A stretch of 64,000 bases of DNA, from contig JBJOMY010000001.1 of NCBI GenBank assembly GCA_046052125.1, forward strand, positions 256,001 to 320,000. Direction: 5' to 3'. Below, piece after piece: positions 10,182-19,692 of the stretch (the stretch's first letter is position 1; each line of letters begins with the position of its first letter). The notes beneath the pieces are model-generated. The model searched no databases, was not told the origin of the DNA, and saw nothing but the letters and a program-made list of their open reading frames with translations. The translations under genes were made by a program, and so were the position numbers. The DNA is from Cyanobacteriota bacterium (lineage in GTDB: Bacteria; Cyanobacteriota; Cyanobacteriia; PCC-6307; Cyanobiaceae).

Positions 10182-10556
10182 TCATGCAGCACCTGAACCA
10201 CTGGAACGCAGGCCATGGTTGAAGCAATGGGGCATGTGCCCATTGCTCAGGTGGTTATCACCAAGGCCATGGATCGTGATTAACGCTGACCAAGAAGATC
10301 AACCCAACTGAGAGCAGAGCTTGTGGCCTGATCAGACGAGAGGCCCCGGCAGGGAATCGTGATCAACCAATCCGTTGCGAGCGGCGCTGTGGGATCAACG
10401 ATCGCTGGGCAACCTTCAGCCGTGACAACAACCGGCATCGGCGCCTTGGAGCTTGGCTGCATCGGCAAGACAGCAACACGTCAATGCTGATGGAGCCGTT
10501 CCAAAGCAATGGCGATCTACAACGCAGAGGGATGTGCTGCAGCACACCGCGCGCAT

Positions 10557-10579
10557 AAAAAACAGCCCTGAGGGGCTGT
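10557..10579 (-). terminator. Rho-independent terminator downstream of the alpha/beta hydrolase gene
   Basis: Minus strand ACAGCCC-CTCA-GGGCTGT followed by a T-run. Confidence 0.75.
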
Positions 10580-10640
10580 GTGAGGAGGCTTCGGCATCAG
10601 CAAAGCGGCTGCATCTGCAGGCAGCCATGGGGATCAATAC

Positions 10641-12173
10641 TCAGCTGCCATGCACGCTGGCGGTGACATCCGCCATCGGCTTGCTCGGGCTGCCCCAGCT
10701 GCCTGGAGGCATCAGCACCGGAGCACCAGGAGCGGGCTTCACCGCTGATCCGGCTGCAAAGGCGCGGTTGGTCCACTCCACGATCATGGGGGCGAGCACG
10801 CCGCCATCCGCGGAGCGACCAGGCCGCAGGTTGAAGTGATCACCGCCCTGCACCAACACCAACTGGTTGCCCTTGGCGGGCGCATGTAGGAAAGGACCCA
10901 CCGCTTCCGGATCCGGGGGCACCACCCAATCGTGGGTACCGCTCACCAGGAGCACCCGGGCCTGCATCTGCTGCGACGATCCGCGCGGGAACAGCAACGA
11001 CAGCGGCGGGCTCACCGCGGCCACAGCGATCACTCGGGGATCGTCAATCGCCGCCTGGTTCACGCCGCTGATCCAGCTGCACTGCAGGGTCCAGCTGAGG
11101 TTGCGATCGGGATCGTTCACGTTGTCGCAGCGGGCCTGCAAGGCGCTGTCCTGCGGGCGCAGGCCCGCCAGTTGCAGGGCCGTGGTGGCGCCCCAGGAAT
11201 GGCCGATCACCACCACCCGGTTGGCATCCACCGCTGAACCGCTCATAAGGGTGCCGTTGGCGATGGCGTCGTTGATGGCACTCACATCGCGGGCCCGCAG
11301 GCCAAGCTCGGAGGCAGACGGTGGGGCGGCCTTGCCGGTGAGCACCTCGTGCTGCTGTTGCTGATCGCTACCGGGATGGCGGGGCAGCACCACGGTGTAG
11401 CCCTGGGCGGCGAGCTGGTTCCCCCAGCCTTCAAAGTTTTCAGGCCGATCCCAAAGGCCATGGGAGATCACCACCAGGTGGCCGTTGGCTCCGCTCTGGG
11501 GCTGAATCACAAGCAAATCGAGCGGTTCGCTGCGATGGCTCACCGGCAGCTGCACCGCCTTGGCGGCAGCCGGAGCCTCCGATGCGCTGGGAACCGCCAC
11601 GGGAGCCAGGGCCGCCTTGGCCATCAGGCGCTCTGCTTGGAGCCGCTGGCGCATCATCCGGCCCAACACCACCTGGGCGCGGCTGAGGTTGAGGCGCACC
11701 CGCTCCCCGGGAATCGCCAGCATCAGCTGCAGCAAGGTGGGCTGCCCATCCGGTGAGGCGGCCGAGGCTTTCTCCAGGGCGTGCTTGAGGGTTTCGCCGC
11801 TGAGGTCGGGGCTGCGGCCCTCCACGGTGCCGAACGACGACACCATCAGCAGGGTCTGCTCGAGCAGGGGTGAGCCCACAGAACTCTCCGCCAGCTGGCG
11901 GAAGCTCACGGGCAGCGGGTGGTTGAGCAGCTTGAGCAGGGAGCGGCCGAGCTGGCCGTCGCTGGCGCGATCGAGCTCGGCGAGGTCGCTGTCGCCAGCC
12001 ATCAGGGCACTGGGATTGCTCAGCTCCCGGAGGTTCACCTTGAGGGTGCTCTCCACCAGCGGCAACTCAACGATCACCTCCTCGATCGCCTGAGCCGGCG
12101 GGCAGAGCGGCAGTAAGCCCGCCAGCACCAGCGCAGCGGTGTGCGGTGCGGTGCGGCTCCAGGAGGGCATCAA
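10641..12173 (-). CDS. Secreted alpha/beta hydrolase with N-terminal DUF1400-like domain
   Basis: Signal peptide; VVISHGLW, GHSWG nucleophile elbow, GTHD, GGDHF. Confidence 0.85.
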   Translation of the reverse strand: MMPSWSRTAPHTAALVLAGLLPLCPPAQAIEEVIVELPLVESTLKVNLRELSNPSALMAGDSDLAELDRASDGQLGRSLLKLLNHPLPVSFRQLAESSVGSPLLEQTLLMVSSFGTVEGRSPDLSGETLKHALEKASAASPDGQPTLLQLMLAIPGERVRLNLSRAQVVLGRMMRQRLQAERLMAKAALAPVAVPSASEAPAAAKAVQLPVSHRSEPLDLLVIQPQSGANGHLVVISHGLWDRPENFEGWGNQLAAQGYTVVLPRHPGSDQQQQHEVLTGKAAPPSASELGLRARDVSAINDAIANGTLMSGSAVDANRVVVIGHSWGATTALQLAGLRPQDSALQARCDNVNDPDRNLSWTLQCSWISGVNQAAIDDPRVIAVAAVSPPLSLLFPRGSSQQMQARVLLVSGTHDWVVPPDPEAVGPFLHAPAKGNQLVLVQGGDHFNLRPGRSADGGVLAPMIVEWTNRAFAAGSAVKPAPGAPVLMPPGSWGSPSKPMADVTASVHGS

Positions 12174-12195
12174 CAGCTGGTGAGGGAGCGAAAGG

Positions 12196-12366
12196 CTAAG
12201 CGGGGTCGATCGCCTCGATCCGGTAGTACTCGCGATCGTCGGAGCAGCAAAGATCGGCGTAGTAGCGCTCGAGCACGGCGTAGGCCTCGTCGTAGCTGCT
12301 GAAGCATTGGCCGGCGATCTGGTCGCGCTGGCCGTCGTCGCGCTCGATTCGGTAGTGGCGGGTCAT
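12196..12366 (-). CDS. Small protein, 56 aa (MTRHYRIERDDG...YYADLCCSDDREYYRIEAIDPA); absent from the ORF track
   Basis: Hand-translated ATG..TAG ORF with strong GC3 bias. Confidence 0.65.
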   Translation of the reverse strand: MTRHYRIERDDGQRDQIAGQCFSSYDEAYAVLERYYADLCCSDDREYYRIEAIDPA

Positions 12367-12437
12367 CGCAGCGGAGCCGGATCAACAGCCGGCCCTTTCG
12401 GCTGGCTCTGGCTAGGGCCTTGAAGTGTGATGCATTT

Positions 12438-12523
12438 GTGTGAGGAGACGGCTCAGGCGGAAGTCGAAACAAGGACAGACGCTCCGCCTGATCCGACCAG
12501 CCCCGCTTTCGCGGGGCTTTTTT
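12438..12523 (+). ncRNA. yfr2: Yfr2-family small RNA
   Basis: 5' GTGTGAGGAG; long stem TCAGGCGGA/TCCGCCTGA with GAAACAAGGACA loop; terminator AGCCCCGC-TTTC-GCGGGGCT-TTTTT. Confidence 0.8.
12499..12523 (+). terminator. Rho-independent terminator of the sRNA
   Basis: Perfect 8-bp GC stem plus T-run. Confidence 0.85.
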
Positions 12524-12962
12524 ATGCCTCAGCAGCGAGCTGCACCAGTGCATCCGCGAGCTGCTCGCGGATGAGCCCCTCGCCCTGAGCCCGCAGCAAC
12601 GGCTGCAGCCCGATCGATTGCCGCTCCGCGTGAAAGCGTTGACGCGGCACCAGCCAGAACAGCCACTGGGCTGGATCCTGCGGATCAGCTACCGCCTCGC
12701 CGGGCTCGAGCAAACAGAGCAACAGGGCAGTGGCTGTCGAGCTGCCGAGGTTGAACACGGTGGGCCGATCCGGCTGCACCCGGGCGGAGCTGATCAACAG
12801 CGAGAGGCCGTTCCACGTGAGCGGGCTCACCGGGCCACGGGCCGGTGGCGGGACCGCCGCGGGATCGATCGCCAGGGCCTCGAGCACCTGCCAGATGGCC
12901 GCGCAATGCAGGAGTCGCTCTTCGAGCAGATCGGGGTGGCTCCAGCGCAGGAAGGTGTCCAT
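12522..12962 (-). CDS. Hypothetical protein
   Basis: 146-aa ORF, host-like codon use. Confidence 0.6.
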   Translation of the reverse strand: MDTFLRWSHPDLLEERLLHCAAIWQVLEALAIDPAAVPPPARGPVSPLTWNGLSLLISSARVQPDRPTVFNLGSSTATALLLCLLEPGEAVADPQDPAQWLFWLVPRQRFHAERQSIGLQPLLRAQGEGLIREQLADALVQLAAEA

Positions 12963-12978
12963 CAGGGTTGGGCAGCGG

Positions 12979-13395
12979 CTAGCGAAGCAGCAGCCAAAGC
13001 AAGGCCACCACCAGCAAAGCCGCCCCTGCCGCAGCGAGGGTTGCGGCGATCACCAGCAGGCGCCGGGTGGTGGCGGGCCACCAGAGCAGGCCGCACCAGA
13101 TCGGCACCAACAGCCAGAAGGGAGGCAGCAGCAGCGAGATCACCAGGAGCACCAGCAGCACGCGGCGCCGCTCGGAGCGGCGTTGCTGCTCCGCCAGCCG
13201 ATGGGCGCGCTCGTCGTCGCTGAGCCAGCGGCCCTCCTGGCGGGCCTGCTCCAGCTCGGCCTGCAGGCGCTGCTGTTGCGTGCGGCGCGGATCGGCCAGT
13301 TCCCCCACCGCATCGAGCACGCCCGCACTGGCCTCCCGCAGCAGCGAGGCCCCGATCAGCACCGAGCGCCGCACGCCCTCACGCAGCCGACTCAT
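12979..13395 (-). CDS. Hypothetical membrane protein
   Basis: Charged coiled N-terminus, hydrophobic C-terminal helices. Confidence 0.65.
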   Translation of the reverse strand: MSRLREGVRRSVLIGASLLREASAGVLDAVGELADPRRTQQQRLQAELEQARQEGRWLSDDERAHRLAEQQRRSERRRVLLVLLVISLLLPPFWLLVPIWCGLLWWPATTRRLLVIAATLAAAGAALLVVALLWLLLR

Positions 13396-13740
13396 GACTC
13401 AAGCCGTGGCAGAAGGATGCAAAAGCGAGGCATGGGCCTGTGCGCAGGAACACAGCTGCGCCTAGAAGGGCCGTGCTGAGCTGATGGCGTTGCGGAACCA
13501 GTTGTGATTCCAGCGGGTTTTCTGATTCTGGCGAAGTTGTTGCCCTGGGTTGGTGCCTGCACGGTGTTGGCCGCCGCCACGGCCTTGGCCATTGAAACGG
13601 CGATGCTCACGCTGCACTCCTAAAAAGTCGCATGGCACCTGCGGTGTGAAGAGATCCGAAGCCAGGCCGTCCTTCCGATCCAGAACAAGACAAACGAGGC
13701 TTACGTCGCTTAAGGTTGTCTCAAGGTTTGAAACCGATTG

Positions 13741-13899
13741 GTGAACGAGAACAATCCTGTGCTTCACGCCATGCGCCAGGAGCTGCAGGAACTGAAGGGG
13801 CGCTACTGCCGTCAGCCCAGCGATTTCAATCGCTATCAGCTGGTGCGTCATGAGCAGCGCCTGGCCCAGTGGGTACCCTCTGAGCTTCTGAGCGCCTGA
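13741..13899 (+). CDS. Small protein, 52 aa (MNENNPVLHAMRQELQELK...WVPSELLSA); absent from the ORF track
   Basis: Hand-translated GTG..TGA ORF ending 6 nt before the next gene; GC3-biased. Confidence 0.6.
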   Translation: MNENNPVLHAMRQELQELKGRYCRQPSDFNRYQLVRHEQRLAQWVPSELLSA

Positions 13900-13905
13900 G
13901 ATTCA

Positions 13906-14481
13906 ATGAGGGCCCTGCCCATTCACCTCGAGGCCGGAGCCGATCTGCGCGGCAGCCTTGAGGACTTGGCCCTCGAGCAACAAGCCAGCGGCTTTGTGCT
14001 GAGTGTGGTGGGCAACATGAGCCAGGCCTGCTTCGCCTGCCCTGGCCAACCGGAACCCACGGTGCTGCGTGGCGAGCTGGAAATCATCACCCTGCAGGGC
14101 ACGGTGTCACCCTCGGGGGTGCACCTGCACCTGAGTTTTTCCGATCCCGGCTGTCAGGTGTGGGGCGGCCACCTTGAACACGGCAGCCTCGTGCTCAAGG
14201 GCGCCGATCTGCTGGTGGGTGTGTTGCAGGAAGCACCGCAACCGCCCGCAGCGATGGCAGCCCCGTTGCAGGCGCGCGTGCAGGTGGCCCTGGCTCCAGG
14301 CTGTGCCTGGTCGCGCCGCACCGAGCGGCTGCTGCAGGGGCTGGGCGTGGCCTATGCGCCAATGGATCCGGAACCTGGTGCCCTGCCCCAGATCCGCATC
14401 GATGGTCAGCTGATCGGCGGCTATCCGGAACTGGCGGCACTGCACAGCAGCGGATCGCTGCAGGCCCTGCTCCGTGGCTGA
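13906..14481 (+). CDS. PPC/DUF296 domain protein with glutaredoxin-like C-terminus
   Basis: LEIITLQGT, HLHLSFSD, VWGGHL; C-terminal CAWS..LPQIRIDGQLIGGY. Confidence 0.85.
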   Translation: MRALPIHLEAGADLRGSLEDLALEQQASGFVLSVVGNMSQACFACPGQPEPTVLRGELEIITLQGTVSPSGVHLHLSFSDPGCQVWGGHLEHGSLVLKGADLLVGVLQEAPQPPAAMAAPLQARVQVALAPGCAWSRRTERLLQGLGVAYAPMDPEPGALPQIRIDGQLIGGYPELAALHSSGSLQALLRG

Positions 14482-15028
14482 GTGCCGGCTCGACACGCTC
14501 GCCGGCTGCGAGCTGGTGATCGCCGGCTATCCCCGCTTCAGCTACAACGCCCTCGGCGGCTGCGCGCCCGGGCAGTGCAACACCAACGCGGCCGGTGAGC
14601 TGGAGCTGCAGTTCGCGAGCGAGCGCACGGCGATTCCGCCGCTCAACTGGCGCAGCACGCGGTTTCTGGGCCTACCCCTGCCCCCAGGGCTCTCGATCAC
14701 CATCCAACCGGAAGCCCTGAGCGGCCGCGTGGACCCGCGCAGCGGGGAGGTGTGGCTGCAGTTCCGCTCCCGCTTCCGCTTTCAGCTGGGTGCAGGCGAA
14801 AACCTGCGCTATCAGGCGTCGGATCTGGTGGTGGACACGCAGCTCACCACCGAAGCGATCAGCAGCCAGCGCCACCAGCGCCAGGGCCGCCGCCTTGATC
14901 AGCACAACCGCGCCGTACTCGTGGGAACGGCGCTGATCCAACCCTGCGGCGAAGCCTGGCTGGATCGCTTTCTCGGCCTGCCCGATGAAGCGCTCGCCGT
15001 GCTCGAGTGCTGCCTCGCCCTGCCATGA
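14474..15028 (+). CDS. Hypothetical protein
   Basis: Overlaps both neighbours in an operon; FLGLPLPPGL motif. Confidence 0.7.
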   Translation: MAECRLDTLAGCELVIAGYPRFSYNALGGCAPGQCNTNAAGELELQFASERTAIPPLNWRSTRFLGLPLPPGLSITIQPEALSGRVDPRSGEVWLQFRSRFRFQLGAGENLRYQASDLVVDTQLTTEAISSQRHQRQGRRLDQHNRAVLVGTALIQPCGEAWLDRFLGLPDEALAVLECCLALP

Positions 15029-15597
15029 GCCAGAGCCTCGGCCAACGCCTCGACCAGAGCCTGGCGCGCCTGGGCACCAACCTGCTGATCCCACCGCTGA
15101 TCCTGCTGATCCCCTGGGGCCAGGAGCTGATCGATCAACTGCTGTTCCGCGGTGGCTGGAACCTGCCGATGGTGCCGGGGGGCTCATTTCTGGGGGTGCT
15201 CACCGCCCCCTTCAGCCACAGCGGCTTCGGCCATCTGCTGGCCAACAGCCTCACCTTTCTGCCGCTCTCCTGGCTGGTGCTCACGAAGGGCCGGCGCGAC
15301 TACCTGGCGGTGTGGCTCGGTGTGTATGCCATGGCGATTCCGGTGTGGTTGTTCTGGCCCACCGCCAGCCATGGACTCTCAGGAGTGGTGTACGGGCTGC
15401 TCGGCTACCTGCTGCTGATCGGCTGGCTGGAGAAACGGCCGCTCTCCCTGCTGCTCTCCGTGGTGTGCCTGATCGCCTACGGCGGCGTGTTGCCCAGCCT
15501 GATCCCCCTGTTTTCTCCGGCGGGGGTGAGCTGGATCGGCCACGCCAGCGGCTTCGCCGGCGGGATGCTCGCCGCCCGCTGGATGCGACAGCGCTGA
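15025..15597 (+). CDS. Rhomboid-family intramembrane serine protease
   Basis: HSGFGHLLANS, GLSG catalytic Ser, SWIGHASG catalytic His. Confidence 0.9.
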   Translation: MSQSLGQRLDQSLARLGTNLLIPPLILLIPWGQELIDQLLFRGGWNLPMVPGGSFLGVLTAPFSHSGFGHLLANSLTFLPLSWLVLTKGRRDYLAVWLGVYAMAIPVWLFWPTASHGLSGVVYGLLGYLLLIGWLEKRPLSLLLSVVCLIAYGGVLPSLIPLFSPAGVSWIGHASGFAGGMLAARWMRQR

Positions 15598-15611
15598 TCA
15601 GCCCTGGCAGC

Positions 15612-16733
15612 ATGGCGCCCATGCAGATCCTTGCTGGGCGCGTGGCACGGGGAGCGGCCACGGCAATCCTGGCCGCGGCGCTGATGCCGCTCGCCGCGCT
15701 GGCGCAGCCCTGGGCACCGGGGCAGGGCCCTCCGCCTGGCTTGCAATTGCCCTCAGCGGAAGAGGCGAAGCAAATGGAGCAGCTGCGCCAGCAAGGGGAA
15801 GCCGAGGGGCTGCGCCAGCGCTATCTGCGCAGCGCCCACCAACTGCTGCATCGCTTCTGGAACAGCCGCGAGCAGCCGAAGCTGCTGTTCGCCGGCGACA
15901 AGGCCGAGGGCTGCGGCGTGAAGCAGGTGGCCCATCCAATGGCCTACTACTGCCCGCCCAGCAAGGAGCTGGCCATGGCCCTGAACCTGCGGCGCAGCGT
16001 GAGCAGCGCCAAGGGCAAGGGCGATCGCGAGCTGTTGCTACTGGACCTGGCGGTGCTCGCCCACGAGTGGGGCCACCACGTGAACCAGGAGCAGGGGCGC
16101 GGCCCCTTCAAAGGGGGCCTGAGCCTCACCGTGAAGCAGGAGGAGCTGGCGGCTGATTGGCGCACGGGCGTGTTTCTCGGCTGGCTGCTCAACAACGGCG
16201 GCATTGGGGTCGACGACTTCACCCAGACCGCGAATCTGATGTTTGAGATGGGCGACTACGAACGTCTCGCCGCCCAACATCACGGCTACCCCAAAGATCG
16301 CTTTGAAGCCCTCACACGGGGCCTGGCCAGCCAGCTCACCGCAGGCCAGAAGCTCGGCGATTGGAGTATGGATACCCAGGAAACCTTCAGCCGGCCCTTA
16401 CCCGCCACCAGCGAAGACCAGCTGCTCGGGCGCCGCCGCTACGAGGTGCGCCGCTTCGAGATCGACCGCGGCCAACAGATCGCCACCAACCTGCTCGGCG
16501 GCTTACTCGGTGCGGCGAGCTGCATCTGGGGCAACCAGCAGCAGTGCATCGGCATGGCCACCCAACAGGGCAAGGGACGGGCTGCAGGCGCCTACACCCA
16601 GCGCACGCTCACGCTCCATTGCGCCAACAGCAGCTTCGATGTGAGCGACGACGAGTTCGAACCCCAACCGATCAGCCGCGACGGCAAAGGCCAGGCGGCG
16701 GTGCTGCTCAAGCGCGACTGCCCGAAGGGTTGA
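15612..16733 (+). CDS. Secreted neutral zinc metallopeptidase (YpfJ-like)
   Basis: Signal peptide; AYYCP, VLAHEWGHHV, ELAAD, HGYPKDR. Confidence 0.8.
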   Translation: MAPMQILAGRVARGAATAILAAALMPLAALAQPWAPGQGPPPGLQLPSAEEAKQMEQLRQQGEAEGLRQRYLRSAHQLLHRFWNSREQPKLLFAGDKAEGCGVKQVAHPMAYYCPPSKELAMALNLRRSVSSAKGKGDRELLLLDLAVLAHEWGHHVNQEQGRGPFKGGLSLTVKQEELAADWRTGVFLGWLLNNGGIGVDDFTQTANLMFEMGDYERLAAQHHGYPKDRFEALTRGLASQLTAGQKLGDWSMDTQETFSRPLPATSEDQLLGRRRYEVRRFEIDRGQQIATNLLGGLLGAASCIWGNQQQCIGMATQQGKGRAAGAYTQRTLTLHCANSSFDVSDDEFEPQPISRDGKGQAAVLLKRDCPKG

Positions 16734-17532
16734 TCGGCGTGTGGCGGGCCTCCAGCACCGCCTTGAAGAAGCGGCGCCGCTGGAAGCGGATCCACACATC
16801 GGCCGCTGAAAAAGCCGGACGTTGCTGCATGCGCTGCCACCAACCCTGCAGATCCGGGCGGCTGAGCAGAGCGATCTCACCGGCCATCTCCAGGCGGGCG
16901 CAGAGCACCGCGAGCACCACATCGGCGCTGCTCACCTGGCGGCCGAACAACCAACCGCCCGCCACCACCGGCGGCAGTGAGGCCAGATAGGCCGCCACCT
17001 GCTCTCGCTGCTCGCTGAGCACCTGCTGGATCGGGGCCTGGGTGAACACCGCCAGGCGCTCACGGTTCTGGGCCGCCTTGGCCAGCAACGGCTCCGCCTG
17101 CTCCGGGCAGCGCTTGGCCTGGCGCTCCAGGCTGCGGATCACACCGCTGAGCACCTTGTTCACCACCGCTTTGAACCAGGGGCGGCTGCTCAGCAGCTTG
17201 CTGAAGGTGAGGGTTTCGATCGAGATGCGGTAGTGGCCCTGCACCGCCTCAGCGATGCCTGCCTGGCGGGCTGGATCGGCATCGGCCCATTGCGCGCCGG
17301 CCTGCTGGGCCGCGAAGGCCAGGATCTCGGAGCTGTCGGTGAGCAGCAGATCGGGGCCCCGCAGGCTGGGCACGGTCATGTGGGGATTGAGCTGGCGGTA
17401 GGCCGGGCTGAGCTGCTGCTTGGCAAGGTGGATATCGAGCAGCCGGCTCACCGTGCTCACCCCGGCCTCGGCCAGGGCGAGGCGGGCCACCATCGAGTAG
17501 TAGGAGGGCGCGGCGTGGAAGAGTTCGGGCAT
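16708..17532 (-). CDS. Glutathione S-transferase family protein
   Basis: SYYSMVARLAL, LNPHMTVPSL, DSSEIL, VSSADV. Confidence 0.85.
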   Translation of the reverse strand: MPELFHAAPSYYSMVARLALAEAGVSTVSRLLDIHLAKQQLSPAYRQLNPHMTVPSLRGPDLLLTDSSEILAFAAQQAGAQWADADPARQAGIAEAVQGHYRISIETLTFSKLLSSRPWFKAVVNKVLSGVIRSLERQAKRCPEQAEPLLAKAAQNRERLAVFTQAPIQQVLSEQREQVAAYLASLPPVVAGGWLFGRQVSSADVVLAVLCARLEMAGEIALLSRPDLQGWWQRMQQRPAFSAADVWIRFQRRRFFKAVLEARHTPINPSGSRA

Positions 17533-17541
17533 CAGCCAGGC

Positions 17542-17700
17542 CTAGTGCAGGTGGAGCAGCAACTCGAGCTGCAGCTTCTCCGCCAGGGAGGCATCGATCG
17601 ATCGGAATTGAGCCAAAGCCTTGCGGCGCTGCTGCGGCTGCAGGCGGCGTAGATCCGCCAGGGCCAGCTCCAGGCAGCGTTGATCGAGCTCGCGATTCAC
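17542..17700 (-). CDS. Small helical protein, 52 aa (MNRELDQRCLELALADL...); absent from the ORF track
   Basis: Hand-translated GTG..TAG ORF ending 9 nt before the GST start. Confidence 0.5.
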   Translation of the reverse strand: MNRELDQRCLELALADLRRLQPQQRRKALAQFRSIDASLAEKLQLELLLHLH

Positions 17701-17875
17701 AGGGTGCTCTCAGCGCTCGGATCACATCAGGGCGCCGCAGCGGCAGCCAGTGGCGGGGGCCAGATCACGAGCCTGCCTGCAGCGGCTTGCGGGCGATTTT
17801 TTGCTACGAGCTGTGTCCACCCCCTCCGCAAAGGGGGCGCCATCTCCTAACAACGAGCTTGCCGCAGTCCGGCGG

Positions 17876-19351
17876 ATGGGCTTCTTCGTTCAACTCACCG
17901 AAGCCATCGCCGAGCGCCAGTCGCTCCTGGTGACCGGGCTCGACCCGAACCCGGAGATGCTGCAGAGCTGGGCCCTGCGCCACGGCATGGGCAACCGCTC
18001 GTTTCTCAGCCAGGCGCGGCACTGGATCAAGGCGGTGGTGGAGGCCACCAGCCCGCATGTGTGCGCGATCAAGGCCAGCCTCGGTTTTTATCAAGCCCTG
18101 GGGCCGTTGGGCCTGGAGCTGCTGCTGGAGGTGCGGGATCTGGTGCCTCGGGATCTACCGCTGATCATCGATGCCAAGCACGGCGATCTGAATTCCTCCA
18201 CGGCCCTGGCCCACTACCTGTTCAAGGATTTGGGGGTGGATGCGGTGACCCTCTCGCCCCTGGCCGGGCAAGACATCGCTGCGCCGTTTCTGCTCTACGC
18301 CGATAAGGCGGTGGTGATCACCTGCCGCAGCTCCAACCCGGCGGCCAAACGCATCCAGTACCACCCGAGCGAGGCCGATCCGCTGTTCCTGCAGATCGTG
18401 CGCGAAAGCCAGCTGTGGGGCACGCCCGATCAGCTGCTGCTCGAGGTGGGCACCAGTGATCCAAAGGTGTTGGCGCAGGTGCGCCAGGCGGCGCCGGAGC
18501 GGGTGTTGATGCTGCGCAGCATCTGGAGCGAAGAGGAACGGCTTGATGGATTACTGGAGGCGGGGCTCAACCAGGCGGCCGATGGCCTGCTGCTGCCCCT
18601 GCCCCAGAACCTGCTGGTGGAAGACGATCTGAGCGAGCAGGCCGAAGCGCTCAAGGGCCTGATCAACCGCCGCCGCCAACGCTGGCTCGAGCAGCAACCC
18701 ACCGAAGGCAACACCAGCTGCGACGTGTGGCTGGCACCGCCCACGGAAAAGCCCAACGATCAGGACCCACTGGCCGAGCTGATCCTCGATCTGTTCGACA
18801 TCGGCTGCCTGCTGTTTGGGGAGTACGTGCAGGCGTCAGGAGCGGTGTTCAACTACTACATCGACCTGCGCCAGATCATCTCCGACCCAAACCTGTTCCA
18901 TCGGGTGCTGCATGGCTACAGCGGCTTGCTGGAGCAGCTGGAGTTCGATCGCATCGCCGGCATTCCCTACGGCTCGCTCCCCACGGCCACAGGGCTTTCG
19001 CTGGCGCTGCACAAGCCGCTGATCTATCCGCGCAAGGAGGTGAAGGCCCACGGCGCCCGGCGCCTGATCGAGGGCGACTTCAACGAAGGCGATCGGGTGG
19101 TGGTGGTGGACGACATCCTGATCACCGGCGGCAGCGTGCTCGAGGGCATCGCCAAGCTGGAGAGTTCAGGCCTGGTGGTGAACGACGTGGTGGTGTTCAT
19201 CGACCACGGCGGCCGCAAAGACCGCAAGGCGCGCGAACGGCTGGAGAGCCAGGGCTACCGGGTGCATGCGGTGCTCGACATCGAGCGCATCACCCAGGTG
19301 CTCTTGCAAGCCGGGCGCCTCACGCCGGAGCAGGCGGCGGTGCTGGGCTGA
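17876..19351 (+). CDS. Bifunctional OMP decarboxylase / orotate phosphoribosyltransferase (PyrF-PyrE fusion)
   Basis: GLDP, IDAKHGDL (OMPDC); YYIDLR, PRKEVKAHG, VVVVDDILITGGS (OPRT). Confidence 0.92.
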   Translation: MGFFVQLTEAIAERQSLLVTGLDPNPEMLQSWALRHGMGNRSFLSQARHWIKAVVEATSPHVCAIKASLGFYQALGPLGLELLLEVRDLVPRDLPLIIDAKHGDLNSSTALAHYLFKDLGVDAVTLSPLAGQDIAAPFLLYADKAVVITCRSSNPAAKRIQYHPSEADPLFLQIVRESQLWGTPDQLLLEVGTSDPKVLAQVRQAAPERVLMLRSIWSEEERLDGLLEAGLNQAADGLLLPLPQNLLVEDDLSEQAEALKGLINRRRQRWLEQQPTEGNTSCDVWLAPPTEKPNDQDPLAELILDLFDIGCLLFGEYVQASGAVFNYYIDLRQIISDPNLFHRVLHGYSGLLEQLEFDRIAGIPYGSLPTATGLSLALHKPLIYPRKEVKAHGARRLIEGDFNEGDRVVVVDDILITGGSVLEGIAKLESSGLVVNDVVVFIDHGGRKDRKARERLESQGYRVHAVLDIERITQVLLQAGRLTPEQAAVLG

Positions 19352-19353
19352 GG

Positions 19354-19692
19354 ATGATGGTGGCCATGACCCACCGGCTCAAGCCGCTGCTGCTGGCCGC
19401 CCTGGCCCTCAGCCTCAGCGCCTGCGCACCGAAACCCCAGCCCCCGGCGCAACCGGCCAAGGATGCCGCGCAACCCATTACACCGAAATCAACCCCGAAC
19501 GCTGCAGCCACCACACCGCAGCTGCAGGAGGCGGTGCAGGCGGCCACCGATCTGTTCAACCGCGGCGAAAACGACCTGGCCTGTGAGCAGGTGAAGCGCG
19601 CCGAGGGGCTGAAGGGCTCCAGCGCATCCGCCGATGCCGCGCTCACCCAGCAACTGAACGACTACCGCCAGGCCTGCGAGCCCACCCCATGA
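19354..19692 (+). CDS. Small lipoprotein
   Basis: Signal peptide with lipobox LSAC, Pro-rich linker. Confidence 0.7.
   Translation: MMVAMTHRLKPLLLAALALSLSACAPKPQPPAQPAKDAAQPITPKSTPNAAATTPQLQEAVQAATDLFNRGENDLACEQVKRAEGLKGSSASADAALTQQLNDYRQACEPTP

Noticed and set aside
10223..10247. 9-bp inverted repeat AGCAATGGG/CCCATTGCT upstream of the small gene before csaB
   Set aside because: No recognisable riboswitch or operator consensus; function cannot be supported.
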